A stretch of DNA of 64,000 nucleotides from Candidatus Stammera capleta (lineage in GTDB: Bacteria > Pseudomonadota > Gammaproteobacteria > Enterobacterales > Enterobacteriaceae), in NCBI GenBank assembly GCA_036689475.1, contig CP144834.1, forward strand, positions 67,739 through 131,738, read 5' to 3'. The translations under genes and the position numbers were made by a program. The number at the start of each line of letters is the position of its first letter. The first letter of the stretch is position 1. Shown here in pieces: positions 63,740 through 64,000 of this stretch. The notes under the pieces are model-generated. The model did not search any database. It saw only the letters and a program-made list of their open reading frames with translations, and was not told the DNA's origin.

Positions 63740-64000
63740 ATGTCGAAAAAAGAAAGTTATGTTTTTCAATCTGAAGTACAACAATTACTTAATTTAATGA
63801 TACATTCTCTTTATTCTAATAAAGAAATATTTTTGAGAGAATTAATATCTAATGCTTCTGATGCTATAGATAAATTAAAATTTTATTATCTTAATATTGA
63901 TAATAATATAGTTGATAATTATTATATTAGAATTTCTATTAAAGATAATGTTTTAAAGATTAGTGATTCTGGTATAGGAATGACAAAAAAAGAAATTATA
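63740..64000 (+). CDS. htpG: Chaperone HtpG (Hsp90), N-terminal part; continues beyond the window
   Basis: [38 protein letters not shown] is the Hsp90 N-terminal signature. An AGAGGGA SD lies upstream. Confidence 0.95.
   Translation, partial: MSKKESYVFQSEVQQLLNLMIHSLYSNKEIFLRELISNASDAIDKLKFYYLNIDNNIVDNYYIRISIKDNVLKISDSGIGMTKKEII

Overview
This window is an extremely A+T-rich (by eye about 85% A+T), almost gap-free chromosome segment from a highly reduced bacterial endosymbiont. The standard-code ORF track makes most long genes look fragmented. The fragments are collinear and in one frame, and the interrupting TGA codons sit on invariant Trp positions, so the window must be read with genetic code 4 (UGA=Trp). 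Read that way, I find about 57 protein genes, RNase P RNA and one tRNA-Arg(UCU). Local gene order repeatedly matches E. coli (speB-speA|metK, rlmN-rodZ-hisS-der, cysS-folD-argU, clpP-clpX-lon, trxB|serS, rpsA-ihfB, priA|rpmE, hslVU, dcw cluster-secA, dnaX-htpG). I therefore infer an Enterobacterales-derived obligate symbiont, though I cannot name it. The content is core housekeeping:
- translation
- replication (dnaB, ssb, priA, dnaX)
- a large proteostasis set (rpoH, dnaKJ, hslVU, lon, clpXP, htpG)
- a complete cytoplasmic lipid-II pathway
- ftsA/ftsZ
- a putrescine/SAM module
I found no CRISPR array, transposon, integrase, phage, toxin-antitoxin or recognisable defence or secondary-metabolite locus, and I do not claim a novel multi-gene system. 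The points worth a second look are:
- the code-4 recoding in an E. coli-like synteny background
- a dcw cluster with ftsL, ftsI, ftsW, ftsQ, lpxC and secM excised
- ileS and ihfB, which are each one nucleotide out of frame next to poly(A) runs
- an unannotated 102-codon ORF antisense in the ftsZ-secA spacer
- a coaD-like C-terminal fragment beside mutM
- domain-level truncations in dnaX, clpP, rodZ, priA and secA
Gene ends that extend through TGA were derived by hand translation. Product calls rest on motif and collinearity comparison with E. coli proteins recalled from memory, not on a database search.
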